Shown one piece after another: positions 55,811 through 64,000 of a stretch of DNA of 64,000 nucleotides. Origin of the DNA: Chloroflexi bacterium 44-23. Its GTDB lineage: Bacteria > Chloroflexota > Anaerolineae > Anaerolineales > Anaerolineaceae. A model generated the notes under the pieces. The model was not told where the DNA came from. It made no database searches and saw only the letters and a list, made by a program, of their open reading frames with translations. The stretch covers positions 21,468-85,467 of the forward strand of contig MKUW01000026.1 of the NCBI GenBank assembly GCA_001899005.1, read 5' to 3'. Numbering within the stretch: position 1 is the stretch's first letter; the number at the start of each line of letters is the position of its first letter. A program made the position numbers and the translations under genes.

Positions 55811-57661
55811 TCAATCTACTAATTGCTGGTGGGCAAGTTCAAGGGTAATTAATGCGCCGATCCGGACGGCATGGTTTTCACCAGACAATTGTTCATTTAC
55901 CAATTCTTTTATTTTTTCGGGTTTGAGATAACCACGACCGAGGGCTTGTGGGGTAAGAAGAATGCTCTCAACCATACCACGCAGTTCATGACGAAACCAG
56001 CCATTGTAGTCTTTATATGGTCGTGAAATTGGGCCAGCCAACCAATTCAAACCGCGTTGGCGCAGATGCCATTCAACCAATTGCTTATTCTTGAGCCAAA
56101 TTTCCCTTGCACAGGTCATCATTGGCAGCCTGGATTGGGCAATTGGGATTTTTGCATATTTTGGAAAATACTGGATAAAGGTACGCTCGACAAGTTCACG
56201 CCTGTATAGGAGATAAGGCGGTACCTTTAATGAAAACTCGACCAGATCGTTGTCAGTAAAGGGCAGACGTACCAGGCAGCGATCCCGAACCACATCGATA
56301 CCGTTTATCGTCATCCGTGGAACCCGTTGGGTCAAATCGAAAAAACTACGCTGTGCTGCCATTTGATTAGATTTACAGGCCAGCATACCAGATCGAAAGT
56401 CCTCACGCCAATTGTCAGCGCTATTTTGGATGAACCAATCAGTCATGTATTGAGGATGAATGTTCGGGTCAAAGGTTAAAACACGATAATCACGATATGC
56501 TTCCAGGTGCTGTTCCATTTTGATCTCGGGGTTATAGTCTGCCCAAAATCGAGGTCGAATACCAAAGCCAAACATCGCATCGCCCATAAAACCTTTGTAT
56601 ATGACAGGCGAAATGGCAGCTTCTTGTTCAAGCGTCGCAAATGCATGCAAGTTGATCACATTCCCATTACCACTGGTTAATGAGACTGCTTTCTCTGCTT
56701 TATCCACCAGCCAATCTGGTTCGAGTGTGAAAAAGTGATGGTCACTTTTTGCCAATTGGGCACATTCTTTGGCGAAACGGGCATCATCCGAATTCGGAAT
56801 GCTCCAGGTAAAGGTATGTAATTTATCGTCAGGATTCTCAGTTATTAATGCCAAAATATAGCGTGAATCCAGTCCTCCCGAGAGCAATAGGCCTTTTTCA
56901 AAGTTACCATTCATTTGGCGCTGTATTGCCTGCCGCATCAAGAAGTTGAGTTCATCAATATATTCTTCGTCCTTCTTGATTGGGAATTCCAGCAGATAAT
57001 CAAAGTGGTAATATGGACGAATTTCAAGATGTTGGCCGGAAAAGATAAAAATACTGGCCTGCGGCATCAGTTTAACCGATTCGAGCAATGTGCGTTGCCA
57101 AAGAATATGGTCAAATGTCAGGAATTCGGCAATGGCGGTTTGATCGACCGTGCGATTAACATTTTGATCAACCAGCAACGCTTTGATGTTAGAAGCAAAA
57201 ATAATACCAGCACCGGATTGAGCATAATACAAAGGATATAATCCCAACCGATCATTAACAATGATGATTCGTTTTGTATCACTCTCCCAAATTAAAATCA
57301 AAAAAGCACCATTAAGATGATTAAATAGAGTATTTCCAACTTTTTCATAAAGAACTGAAATTAATTCAACATCGCTTAATGGTTCATCAGTTTTTACCTG
57401 GGAAGCAAATTTTTGGATTAACCCTTTGCGATCAAAAAGCTCGCCAATCATAAAAAAGGCTCTCTCATTGTTGTTGTTCCATACCGGTTGCTGACAGGTA
57501 GTCAGTATCTTGAGTGAAGAGTAACCGAATGCGAAATCATTTTCAACCAGAGTGTCATGCTGAAAACGGGGATCTGCGTCATTTACAGCTAGCATCTTTT
57601 CCAGAGTTATTGCAGGTGGTTTCGTTGAGTTGGGATTGTAAAATCCAAAAATACCGGGCAT
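55811..57661 (-). CDS. Asparagine synthetase B-like amidoligase lacking the N-terminal Cys nucleophile
   Basis: 616 aa. PP-loop LLLSGGLDSRYI in the synthetase domain. The N-terminus reads MPGIFGF where class II amidotransferases have MCGI. Confidence 0.8.
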   Translation of the reverse strand: MPGIFGFYNPNSTKPPAITLEKMLAVNDADPRFQHDTLVENDFAFGYSSLKILTTCQQPVWNNNNERAFFMIGELFDRKGLIQKFASQVKTDEPLSDVELISVLYEKVGNTLFNHLNGAFLILIWESDTKRIIIVNDRLGLYPLYYAQSGAGIIFASNIKALLVDQNVNRTVDQTAIAEFLTFDHILWQRTLLESVKLMPQASIFIFSGQHLEIRPYYHFDYLLEFPIKKDEEYIDELNFLMRQAIQRQMNGNFEKGLLLSGGLDSRYILALITENPDDKLHTFTWSIPNSDDARFAKECAQLAKSDHHFFTLEPDWLVDKAEKAVSLTSGNGNVINLHAFATLEQEAAISPVIYKGFMGDAMFGFGIRPRFWADYNPEIKMEQHLEAYRDYRVLTFDPNIHPQYMTDWFIQNSADNWREDFRSGMLACKSNQMAAQRSFFDLTQRVPRMTINGIDVVRDRCLVRLPFTDNDLVEFSLKVPPYLLYRRELVERTFIQYFPKYAKIPIAQSRLPMMTCAREIWLKNKQLVEWHLRQRGLNWLAGPISRPYKDYNGWFRHELRGMVESILLTPQALGRGYLKPEKIKELVNEQLSGENHAVRIGALITLELAHQQLVD

Positions 57662-57750
57662 TTTACTTCCTTCTAAATTATTACTAAATTTTTACCAAAA
57701 AAAGATTAATGCGTGATCAAATAATTTTGCTGGCTGTCGCACATCGACTA

Positions 57751-58893
57751 CTATTTATTGAACCAGGTCTTTAACATGATGCGCAGCACACCGCGATTCT
57801 GCAGCCAAGTGCGGTCATACTGTACTCCTAGACGCACATATTTGCCAGCCAGATTGTATTGTTTGGTTTGAAAATAGTGAAAAGCTTTTTGAATGGCAAA
57901 ATTCCCCAAAATTGCATTCTTTTTGTAATTAATTTTAGTTTCAAGCTCTTTCGGTAGATTGTTAAAAATGGTGGCTAAAAATCGAAGCGGGTCATTTGTT
58001 TTTGGAATATCTGTCCACCCATATGTTTTCTGGATAAAAAGTTTGCCTCCGTCCGCCAACAGGCCTGGATTAAGGCTGGAGGCAGCTTGAAGATGTTCCC
58101 TCGCACAACTGATGTCTTCAATCAGGTAGGCATTGGCCGCTGCGCGCAAGTGTGCATGGCTATATGCCAGGTCCTTGTATTGCTGCCAATCAGCCGGTAA
58201 GTGCGGATTATCAAAAACATTGTTGAGGACATCAAAATTGGCTTTTGTCATCTGATTTCCATCGCGAGTCATTTGATTACTATGGAATCGATAGTAAGAA
58301 ACGGGCTCCAAGATAGATGCAATTTTTCCACCTTCAATAACCAGGCGTAGCCAATAGTCCCAATCTTCATAGGAACGTAATTTGGTATCAAACCAGCCTA
58401 TTTTTTCTTGCCAGTTTGAACGAAGCAAAACACTGCCCACATTTAGTGGATTTTCCATGAGAAGTTGATGAGGCTCATTGATACAGCTACTTTTTAATTT
58501 ATTATCGATTACTTGCCCAAATTGATCAATCAAAATCGACTGGCCGACTGCAAGCGCTAAACTTGTGTCCTGATTAAATTTTGAAAGTAATAATTCCAAT
58601 TTGTTCGGAAGAAAGCCGTCGTCTGCGTCCAAGAAAGAAAGATATTCGCCTTGTGCTGCTGCCATGCCACTATTCCTGGCAGCAGAAAGCCCCCGGTTAT
58701 TTTGGTAGAGATAGCGAATAGCTGGGTGGGAATACTGCTTCGCTACGCTGGCTGTATGGTCAGTCGAGCCGTCATCAACGATAATACATTCCCAATCTTT
58801 GTAAGTCTGGGCGATTACACTATCGATTGCATAGTTAAGGAATTGTGCCTGGTTGTAGGCCGGGATGATGATACTAACAAGTTTTTCAATCAT
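57751..58893 (-). CDS. Family 2 glycosyltransferase with C-terminal helical-repeat extension
   Basis: VSIIIPAYNQAQFLNYAIDSVIAQTY...IIVDDGSTDHT and the DxD motif LDADD. A C-terminal ~130 aa alpha-helical (TPR-like) tail. Confidence 0.8.
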   Translation of the reverse strand: MIEKLVSIIIPAYNQAQFLNYAIDSVIAQTYKDWECIIVDDGSTDHTASVAKQYSHPAIRYLYQNNRGLSAARNSGMAAAQGEYLSFLDADDGFLPNKLELLLSKFNQDTSLALAVGQSILIDQFGQVIDNKLKSSCINEPHQLLMENPLNVGSVLLRSNWQEKIGWFDTKLRSYEDWDYWLRLVIEGGKIASILEPVSYYRFHSNQMTRDGNQMTKANFDVLNNVFDNPHLPADWQQYKDLAYSHAHLRAAANAYLIEDISCAREHLQAASSLNPGLLADGGKLFIQKTYGWTDIPKTNDPLRFLATIFNNLPKELETKINYKKNAILGNFAIQKAFHYFQTKQYNLAGKYVRLGVQYDRTWLQNRGVLRIMLKTWFNK

Positions 58894-60467
58894 GGTTTAT
58901 GTCCCGGCATGTAAGTATAAATAACAACATCTTGGTATTCTTCCGCCAGAGACAACCCAAATTGCTGCTGATAGAAGCGCTGCTCATCCAAGTTTCCACC
59001 TGGAATTTTTTCAAAGAAAATAAAATAGGCTGAATCCTTTAAGTATTCTTTTTTTAACATGGAAACCTGGTGATCAAATTCGGGATTGTTTCGGTCTTCC
59101 ATGTCATTAAATCGCCTTGGAAAACTGAAAACCTCCTGCCTGGTGAATAAGAAAACCGGTTCAGGAGCATTGCTCACAAAAATTGCAGGCTGTTCCCTGC
59201 TGACCAGATAGGCAAAGACCGGATTGTTCTTAAATTCACTGTAATTAAAACCAAACCCAAATTGATGTACGTCATGGATAAATGAACGATTTTGGAGCAA
59301 CATGACTGCCGAAAAAACGGTAAAAAGGGAGAAAAAGAAAAGAAGAAGCGGTCTTTTAAGTTTCTGTTTGTTTTCTGAAAGGAATTTGATGAAAAGAACT
59401 ACTATGCAAGGAATCAACACAAATATCGGGGATAGCAGGCGGTAGTCCAAAGGGATATTGGCATCCAGTAAAGTAATGGAGAGAATTAGAAAGATCGGGT
59501 ATATTAAGATAAATGTGACCAAAAGTTTTTCGAGCAATGACGCACTATCCATCTGTTGCTTGGAGTACGTTTTAAAGATCACAAATAAAGATATTAGGAT
59601 AAAAGTAATTGTTGCTGTTAACTTAAACAAAATTTGACTATTGGTCGAAATTAAAAACCAATGGGAAATGGTATCAATTGCGTCGCCTATTTGAGCAGTG
59701 TCAATTGGATGAATCAGGAGAAGCCGGTTAGTGGCTGTTATCCTCATTCCAGTATCTCGAAGGAACCACCAGGCTAGAAACAACATGCCTGGTGTTGAGA
59801 GAACAACGACTTTCCAGATTTTGTTTCGCCAGGTTCCATTAGAAAAAATCAATATAACAATAATGCTTGCAGCTAAGTAAGTAATTCCGGCATAGCGAGA
59901 AGCGAGAGTCAACGCCATTAACAAACCAGCAACAAGTAAAATATGCTGCTTTCCTTTTGTTTCACTAATTATGAGCCAATTAAAACCGGTCAGTCCCAAA
60001 ACAATCATTAAAGGCTCAGATCCCAGGGTAGTAAACAAAAAACTATTAATCAGACTGATAACGACGAAGGTCAGTAAGATCAGAGTCAAAATATTCTTTT
60101 TCCCCAGTAAGGTAGTCAGTAATCGATCCATAACAAGAATAAATGCCACCAGCAGAAGTAGATTCAAAACCATGCCGCTGTTCAACAGCGAAAGACCTGA
60201 TTGAGAAAGAGTAAAAATTGCATAAGGAACTAAAGGCGGGAATTGTGTCAAAGGTTGATTGGGTGGAAAACCAAATGGCACCAGGAGACCATTACCCTGA
60301 CCAAGACTTTGAGCAGCACCAAGGTAAACAACCGAATCTGGCGTCATGACAAGCCCCTGATTGGTGACATACAAAAAATAAACAGATGCCACAACAATTA
60401 GGAGCACTAAAACAATATGGTAACTGGTTAGTTCTTTTTCAGAAGAATTTATCAAGGATAATTTCAA
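58890..60467 (-). CDS. Polytopic membrane protein, GT-C-like glycosyltransferase candidate
   Basis: 525 aa with at least 11 TM helices followed by a ~130-aa soluble C-terminal domain. The N-terminal loop PDSVVYLGAAQSLGQGNG is reminiscent of ArnT/PMT-like families. This is a fold-level guess only. Confidence 0.4.
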   Translation of the reverse strand: MKLSLINSSEKELTSYHIVLVLLIVVASVYFLYVTNQGLVMTPDSVVYLGAAQSLGQGNGLLVPFGFPPNQPLTQFPPLVPYAIFTLSQSGLSLLNSGMVLNLLLLVAFILVMDRLLTTLLGKKNILTLILLTFVVISLINSFLFTTLGSEPLMIVLGLTGFNWLIISETKGKQHILLVAGLLMALTLASRYAGITYLAASIIVILIFSNGTWRNKIWKVVVLSTPGMLFLAWWFLRDTGMRITATNRLLLIHPIDTAQIGDAIDTISHWFLISTNSQILFKLTATITFILISLFVIFKTYSKQQMDSASLLEKLLVTFILIYPIFLILSITLLDANIPLDYRLLSPIFVLIPCIVVLFIKFLSENKQKLKRPLLLFFFSLFTVFSAVMLLQNRSFIHDVHQFGFGFNYSEFKNNPVFAYLVSREQPAIFVSNAPEPVFLFTRQEVFSFPRRFNDMEDRNNPEFDHQVSMLKKEYLKDSAYFIFFEKIPGGNLDEQRFYQQQFGLSLAEEYQDVVIYTYMPGHKP

Positions 60468-60469
60468 AA

Positions 60470-61699
60470 TTAATTTGTTTTATTTTCAGTTATTTTACTT
60501 ACTGAAAAGCCGGCATGTAAATCTGCAAATCCACGTGCACCACTACTGGAAACCACCACAAAATCAAGGCCACGATCAATGCGGTCATAATATTTGCTTA
60601 AATCTTTATACGCGAGATTAACACCCAGTTGATAGGAACCTGCCGAGAGATTCAATTGCAACGGAAAATCGATGATGGCACTGGTAAAAGCTGAAAAATC
60701 CGGCGTCTGAATGCCAGCCCATTCGGTCGTGAAATCATAAACCACCTGCCCATCAGGGTGACGAATCGAACAGGCGATTACAGGGGCAGGAGCATCTTTG
60801 TAGAAATTGATTTTTGCCCGTACAATGGCATTTTCACCAGAAGGAAAGGTATTGGTAGCCTCATTATTTTGCTTTAATATCTCAATTTTCTCAATGACAG
60901 CTTCGTGGGTCATAATTTGCTGACCAATGCCTTCACTGATATCCTCCGAGGAAACATCTTGAAAGTCGGCAGCTGCCTTGCGTAAAATGTTTGAATACTC
61001 GGCAGTTGCATCGGCCGATGATCCTTCAAAAGCAATTTCGCCACGATAAAGCACCATGCTTCTTTCACAAACTTTCTGAATTGCGCGCATATTATGGGAA
61101 ACAAAAATTAAAGTGGTCCCATTTTGTATTAATTGCTGCATCCTTTCATAACATTTCTTTTGAAAGGCCATATCGCCGACTGCCAGTACTTCATCGACCA
61201 GTAAAATCTGTGGATCGACATGAGCAGCCACGGAAAAACCAAGTCGGGCGTACATGCCGGAAGAGTAGCGTTTAACCGGCGTATCAATAAATTTTTCAAT
61301 TCCCGCAAATTGAACAATATCGTCAAACCTTTTTTGAATTTCTGCTTTCCGCATTCCAAGAATGGTCCCATTCAAGAATACATTTTCTCGTCCACTTAAC
61401 TCCGGATGAAAGCCGGCGCCTAACTCAATCAAAGCGCTGAAACGGCCATTCATTTCAATCTGGCCGGATGTTGGGAATGTCACTTTGGAAAGCAGCTTGA
61501 GAATAGTGGTTTTACCGGCACCATTTGGCCCAATGATGCCCATTGATTCACCCGCTTGCAGGCCAAAGTTGATGTTCTTTACAGCCCAATGAAATTTGGT
61601 GGCAATATTTTTTCTCCGGAAAATCGATCGTAAATTCAAGCTGGATTTACCGATCCGGTATTTTTTGGATACATCTGTTAATTTAATTGAATACATCAT
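60470..61699 (-). CDS. wzt: Polysaccharide ABC exporter ATP-binding protein (Wzt/TagH type) with C-terminal extension
   Basis: Walker A GPNGAGKTT, signature YSSGMYARL, Walker B LLVDEVLAVGD. A ~160-aa beta-rich C-terminal domain lies beyond the NBD. Confidence 0.85.
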   Translation of the reverse strand: MMYSIKLTDVSKKYRIGKSSLNLRSIFRRKNIATKFHWAVKNINFGLQAGESMGIIGPNGAGKTTILKLLSKVTFPTSGQIEMNGRFSALIELGAGFHPELSGRENVFLNGTILGMRKAEIQKRFDDIVQFAGIEKFIDTPVKRYSSGMYARLGFSVAAHVDPQILLVDEVLAVGDMAFQKKCYERMQQLIQNGTTLIFVSHNMRAIQKVCERSMVLYRGEIAFEGSSADATAEYSNILRKAAADFQDVSSEDISEGIGQQIMTHEAVIEKIEILKQNNEATNTFPSGENAIVRAKINFYKDAPAPVIACSIRHPDGQVVYDFTTEWAGIQTPDFSAFTSAIIDFPLQLNLSAGSYQLGVNLAYKDLSKYYDRIDRGLDFVVVSSSGARGFADLHAGFSVSKITENKTN

Positions 61700-61711
61700 A
61701 AAATTTTCTGC

Positions 61712-62473
61712 TTAGATAATATCTGCAAACTGCACTTCAACTTTCTTAAAAAAGGAATATCCACCGGCAAAAACTAACAGTGAAATCACAATAGAAAAAA
61801 TAAAAGAATTACCAGGCAAAGCTTCGTGGAGTAGAATTGCGCGGTACCCTTCGATTATCCCGACCATTGGATTGAAATAATACAAGTTTCGCAAGTTTTC
61901 CGGTACTAATGTGACCGGATAAATGATTGGAGTTGCATACAACCAAAGCTGCATGATCAAAGTGAAGACATGCTTGATATCTCTGAAAAAAGCATTTAAG
62001 GCAGAAGCAAACAATCCAATTCCTAATGCCAGGAGAATCTGACATATCAAAACGACAGGCAAAAATAGCCAGGTGAGTAGGTTAACGGGTAAACGATAAA
62101 GGATGATCAATAAAATGAGAATGGCGAAGGCGATTAAAAAGTCCACAAATCTTGCGATCAAAGCTGAAAAAACAAGAATTTCTCGAGGAAAATAGATCTT
62201 GCTTACCAGGTTCATATTTGAAACAATTGAATCAACCATGTCGGTAATCGCACTGGAAAAAAATAGCCAGGGAACCATGGCTGAATAAGAAAAAACGATA
62301 TAAGGGATATTGCCAGTATCCACTTTAATGAGGAATGAAAATACCAGTGTGAAAATTAAGACCGTAGCCAATGGTTGTAAAATTGCCCATAAGCCCCCCA
62401 GTATGGATTGCTGGTATCGTGCGCGGATGATTCTGGTTGACCACGCAAATAATAGATCAAAATAATGGTTCAA
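61712..62473 (-). CDS. wzm: ABC-2 type polysaccharide exporter permease (Wzm/TagG type)
   Basis: 253 aa, 6 TM helices. Immediately upstream of the Wzt-type ATPase. Confidence 0.85.
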   Translation of the reverse strand: MNHYFDLLFAWSTRIIRARYQQSILGGLWAILQPLATVLIFTLVFSFLIKVDTGNIPYIVFSYSAMVPWLFFSSAITDMVDSIVSNMNLVSKIYFPREILVFSALIARFVDFLIAFAILILLIILYRLPVNLLTWLFLPVVLICQILLALGIGLFASALNAFFRDIKHVFTLIMQLWLYATPIIYPVTLVPENLRNLYYFNPMVGIIEGYRAILLHEALPGNSFIFSIVISLLVFAGGYSFFKKVEVQFADII

Positions 62474-62511
62474 TCGTAAATCTTATCCTTTTTTATTAGA
62501 AAATACCCGGC

Positions 62512-63969
62512 TTAAAAATGCCGTTTCTTGTAATAGTAAAAAAACACCAGCAGACCAAATACAGGAATTAGTGCCCAAAAAATAGACCTGGCTGGAAAGT
62601 AATTGGTCGGTTTGGTAGTGAAAGGGATAGCCGTCCCTGGTTGTGCGGGCATTTCAATTGTTTTCGTTTTTATCACCACAGGTACTACAATTTCCGTAAC
62701 TTCTTGGGTTACGCTGAGAGTCGGGTATGGCTCAGGGGATATGGGCGGGGCGTCAAGGCGTCGAAAAGAATACCAGGCTCCGGTTCGGTCATCTACGCGC
62801 GTGTCGTTCCACCAGGTGACAAATAACAAATTTCCACCTAAAACAACGGCCCTGGGAACAGAAGGGTCAAAGGCAGCAGTTTTTTTGCCATAGGTAATAG
62901 CAGAAAGAGTTGACCAACGGGTGCCGAGCCATTGGCTGTACCACATACCGTGAATCTCGGGGTCGATTGTGCGATTCCCTAGCAGCAAGTGGATTTTACC
63001 GAGACTATCTTTAACCATGGCTGTTGTTTCATATTCTCCAATGAACGGGAACGGCTGGATTGGTAATGACCAACTATCGCCATTGTCTTTGGATGTACGC
63101 ATAAATCTTGTGGCAGGAAAACTATCCTGATAAAAGAGAAGCAACTGATCATCCGCGCGGATGATATCCGGCCAAGTTGTAGAATAATCATCTCCTTCCC
63201 GGCGTGCGATCACAATTTCCTTTTCTAATGCGTCACGAGACTTGTTCAAACGGCCATAATGAACTTCTTCGCCAATACCGGTGTCATTGATCAAACTCCA
63301 GACCACGTGTATACTGCCATCATCATCAACGAGTGAACGAATAGCGCCAACTGAGTATGAACTCACGGTGGTGGCTGACAAAAGAATGGGTTGCGACCAA
63401 TTCTGTCCTAAATCTTCAGATGTAACCAGATAGAGGCCTGTTGCACTTAATTCACCCGCATAAAATACCAACAAGGTCCCATTTTGATCAATTGTAATAA
63501 AAGAATATGCAAGAGGACCGGCATCTGGACCAATTAATGTGGGTGATGACCAGGCGCTTGAAATATCGACAGCATCAATATAAGCATGTGAATAGTACAA
63601 GTTGCCACCGCGCGTACTTGAGATATAGAAAACGAGATGAAAATTACCAGACTGGTCTAATTTTACGTCTTGAAGAGTGGCTGGCCCGCCCCCCTGACCG
63701 GCAAGGATGATATCGACCGGTGGTTTCCAGCCGCCGTCCGGTGTCCAACTGCGATAAAAAACGGCATTATTCGTAGCGTTGATGGACTCATAATTGAACG
63801 CATGGATGCGGTTTTGATGGTCAGCGATAATAAACGGCGGCCGCGATGTTCTCTCATAATTGGGGATTTGCTGGGGCGTAGCCCATTGGTTGCTGATCTC
63901 AAACTCCCCAAGGTTGCTTAATAAAACTGTTAAGATTAAAAATAATTTTGAAAAGTAAGTGTAAGCCAT
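62512..63969 (-). CDS. BNR/Asp-box beta-propeller (sialidase-fold) protein with C-terminal membrane anchor
   Basis: N-terminal signal peptide. Asp-boxes SEDLGQNWS and SKDNGDSWS. C-terminal TM IFWALIPVFGLLVFFYYY followed by KKRHF. Confidence 0.6.
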   Translation of the reverse strand: MAYTYFSKLFLILTVLLSNLGEFEISNQWATPQQIPNYERTSRPPFIIADHQNRIHAFNYESINATNNAVFYRSWTPDGGWKPPVDIILAGQGGGPATLQDVKLDQSGNFHLVFYISSTRGGNLYYSHAYIDAVDISSAWSSPTLIGPDAGPLAYSFITIDQNGTLLVFYAGELSATGLYLVTSEDLGQNWSQPILLSATTVSSYSVGAIRSLVDDDGSIHVVWSLINDTGIGEEVHYGRLNKSRDALEKEIVIARREGDDYSTTWPDIIRADDQLLLFYQDSFPATRFMRTSKDNGDSWSLPIQPFPFIGEYETTAMVKDSLGKIHLLLGNRTIDPEIHGMWYSQWLGTRWSTLSAITYGKKTAAFDPSVPRAVVLGGNLLFVTWWNDTRVDDRTGAWYSFRRLDAPPISPEPYPTLSVTQEVTEIVVPVVIKTKTIEMPAQPGTAIPFTTKPTNYFPARSIFWALIPVFGLLVFFYYYKKRHF

Positions 63970-64000
63970 GTAATCTAATTGAACAAAACTAATATGATAT

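Noticed and set aside
1-64000. Searched for defence systems, prophage or mobile-element genes, toxin-antitoxin pairs and reverse transcriptases
   Set aside because: No nuclease, helicase, methylase, integrase, transposase, RT or small paired-ORF architecture was recognisable in any frame. The accessory character of the window comes from the glycan locus instead.

Overview
The window contains 53 protein-coding genes and no rRNA, tRNA, CRISPR array, transposase or integrase that I could see. Positions 1-29.4 kb hold housekeeping and metabolic genes. These are a GT2 glycosyltransferase and a GDP-mannose 3,5-epimerase-like gene, a CUT1 sugar ABC importer (binding lipoprotein plus two permeases, no ATPase), a HAD-IIA phosphatase, an SDR, an Old Yellow Enzyme, a compact eutA-eutB-eutC-eutL ethanolamine ammonia-lyase cluster, pgm, DegV-coaX-DegV, an MscS-family channel, glnS, and an acyl-CoA dehydrogenase / membrane Fe-S oxidoreductase / etfB / etfA electron-transfer module. 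Positions 29.5-64 kb form one co-directional minus-strand glycan-assembly locus of 29 genes that probably continues past the window edge. It contains 6 GT4 and 4 GT2 glycosyltransferases, 2 GT-C-like membrane proteins, a Wzy/O-antigen-ligase-like protein, a fused BY-tyrosine kinase, a Wzm/Wzt ABC exporter, gmd, an extended-SDR epimerase, gmhB, an AsnB-like amidoligase, a sulfotransferase interrupted by an in-frame stop, and two tandem Acyl_transf_3 acyltransferases. The most unusual part is a four-gene cassette at 45.7-50.1 kb: an acyl-CoA-dehydrogenase-like enzyme, a stand-alone adenylation enzyme, a 78-aa carrier protein and a flavin-dependent-halogenase-like enzyme. This has the architecture of the pyrrolyl-S-PCP halogenation modules of pyoluteorin and bromopyrrole pathways, but here it sits inside a polysaccharide locus. 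That suggests a glycan decorated with a carrier-protein-derived, possibly halogenated, acyl group. Non-coding observations are a ~90-nt long-hairpin repeat family (two full copies and one half copy, all in promoter-proximal spacers), a ~460-nt nested-hairpin region bounded by imperfect inverted repeats at 9.27-9.72 kb, and two hairpin terminators. Taxonomy cannot be assigned from the sequence alone. The Shine-Dalgarno usage, Thr-rich lipoprotein linker and gene content would fit a Chloroflexota- or Firmicutes-like organism, but that is a guess. All functional calls rest on motifs I recognise in the supplied translations. No database search was run.
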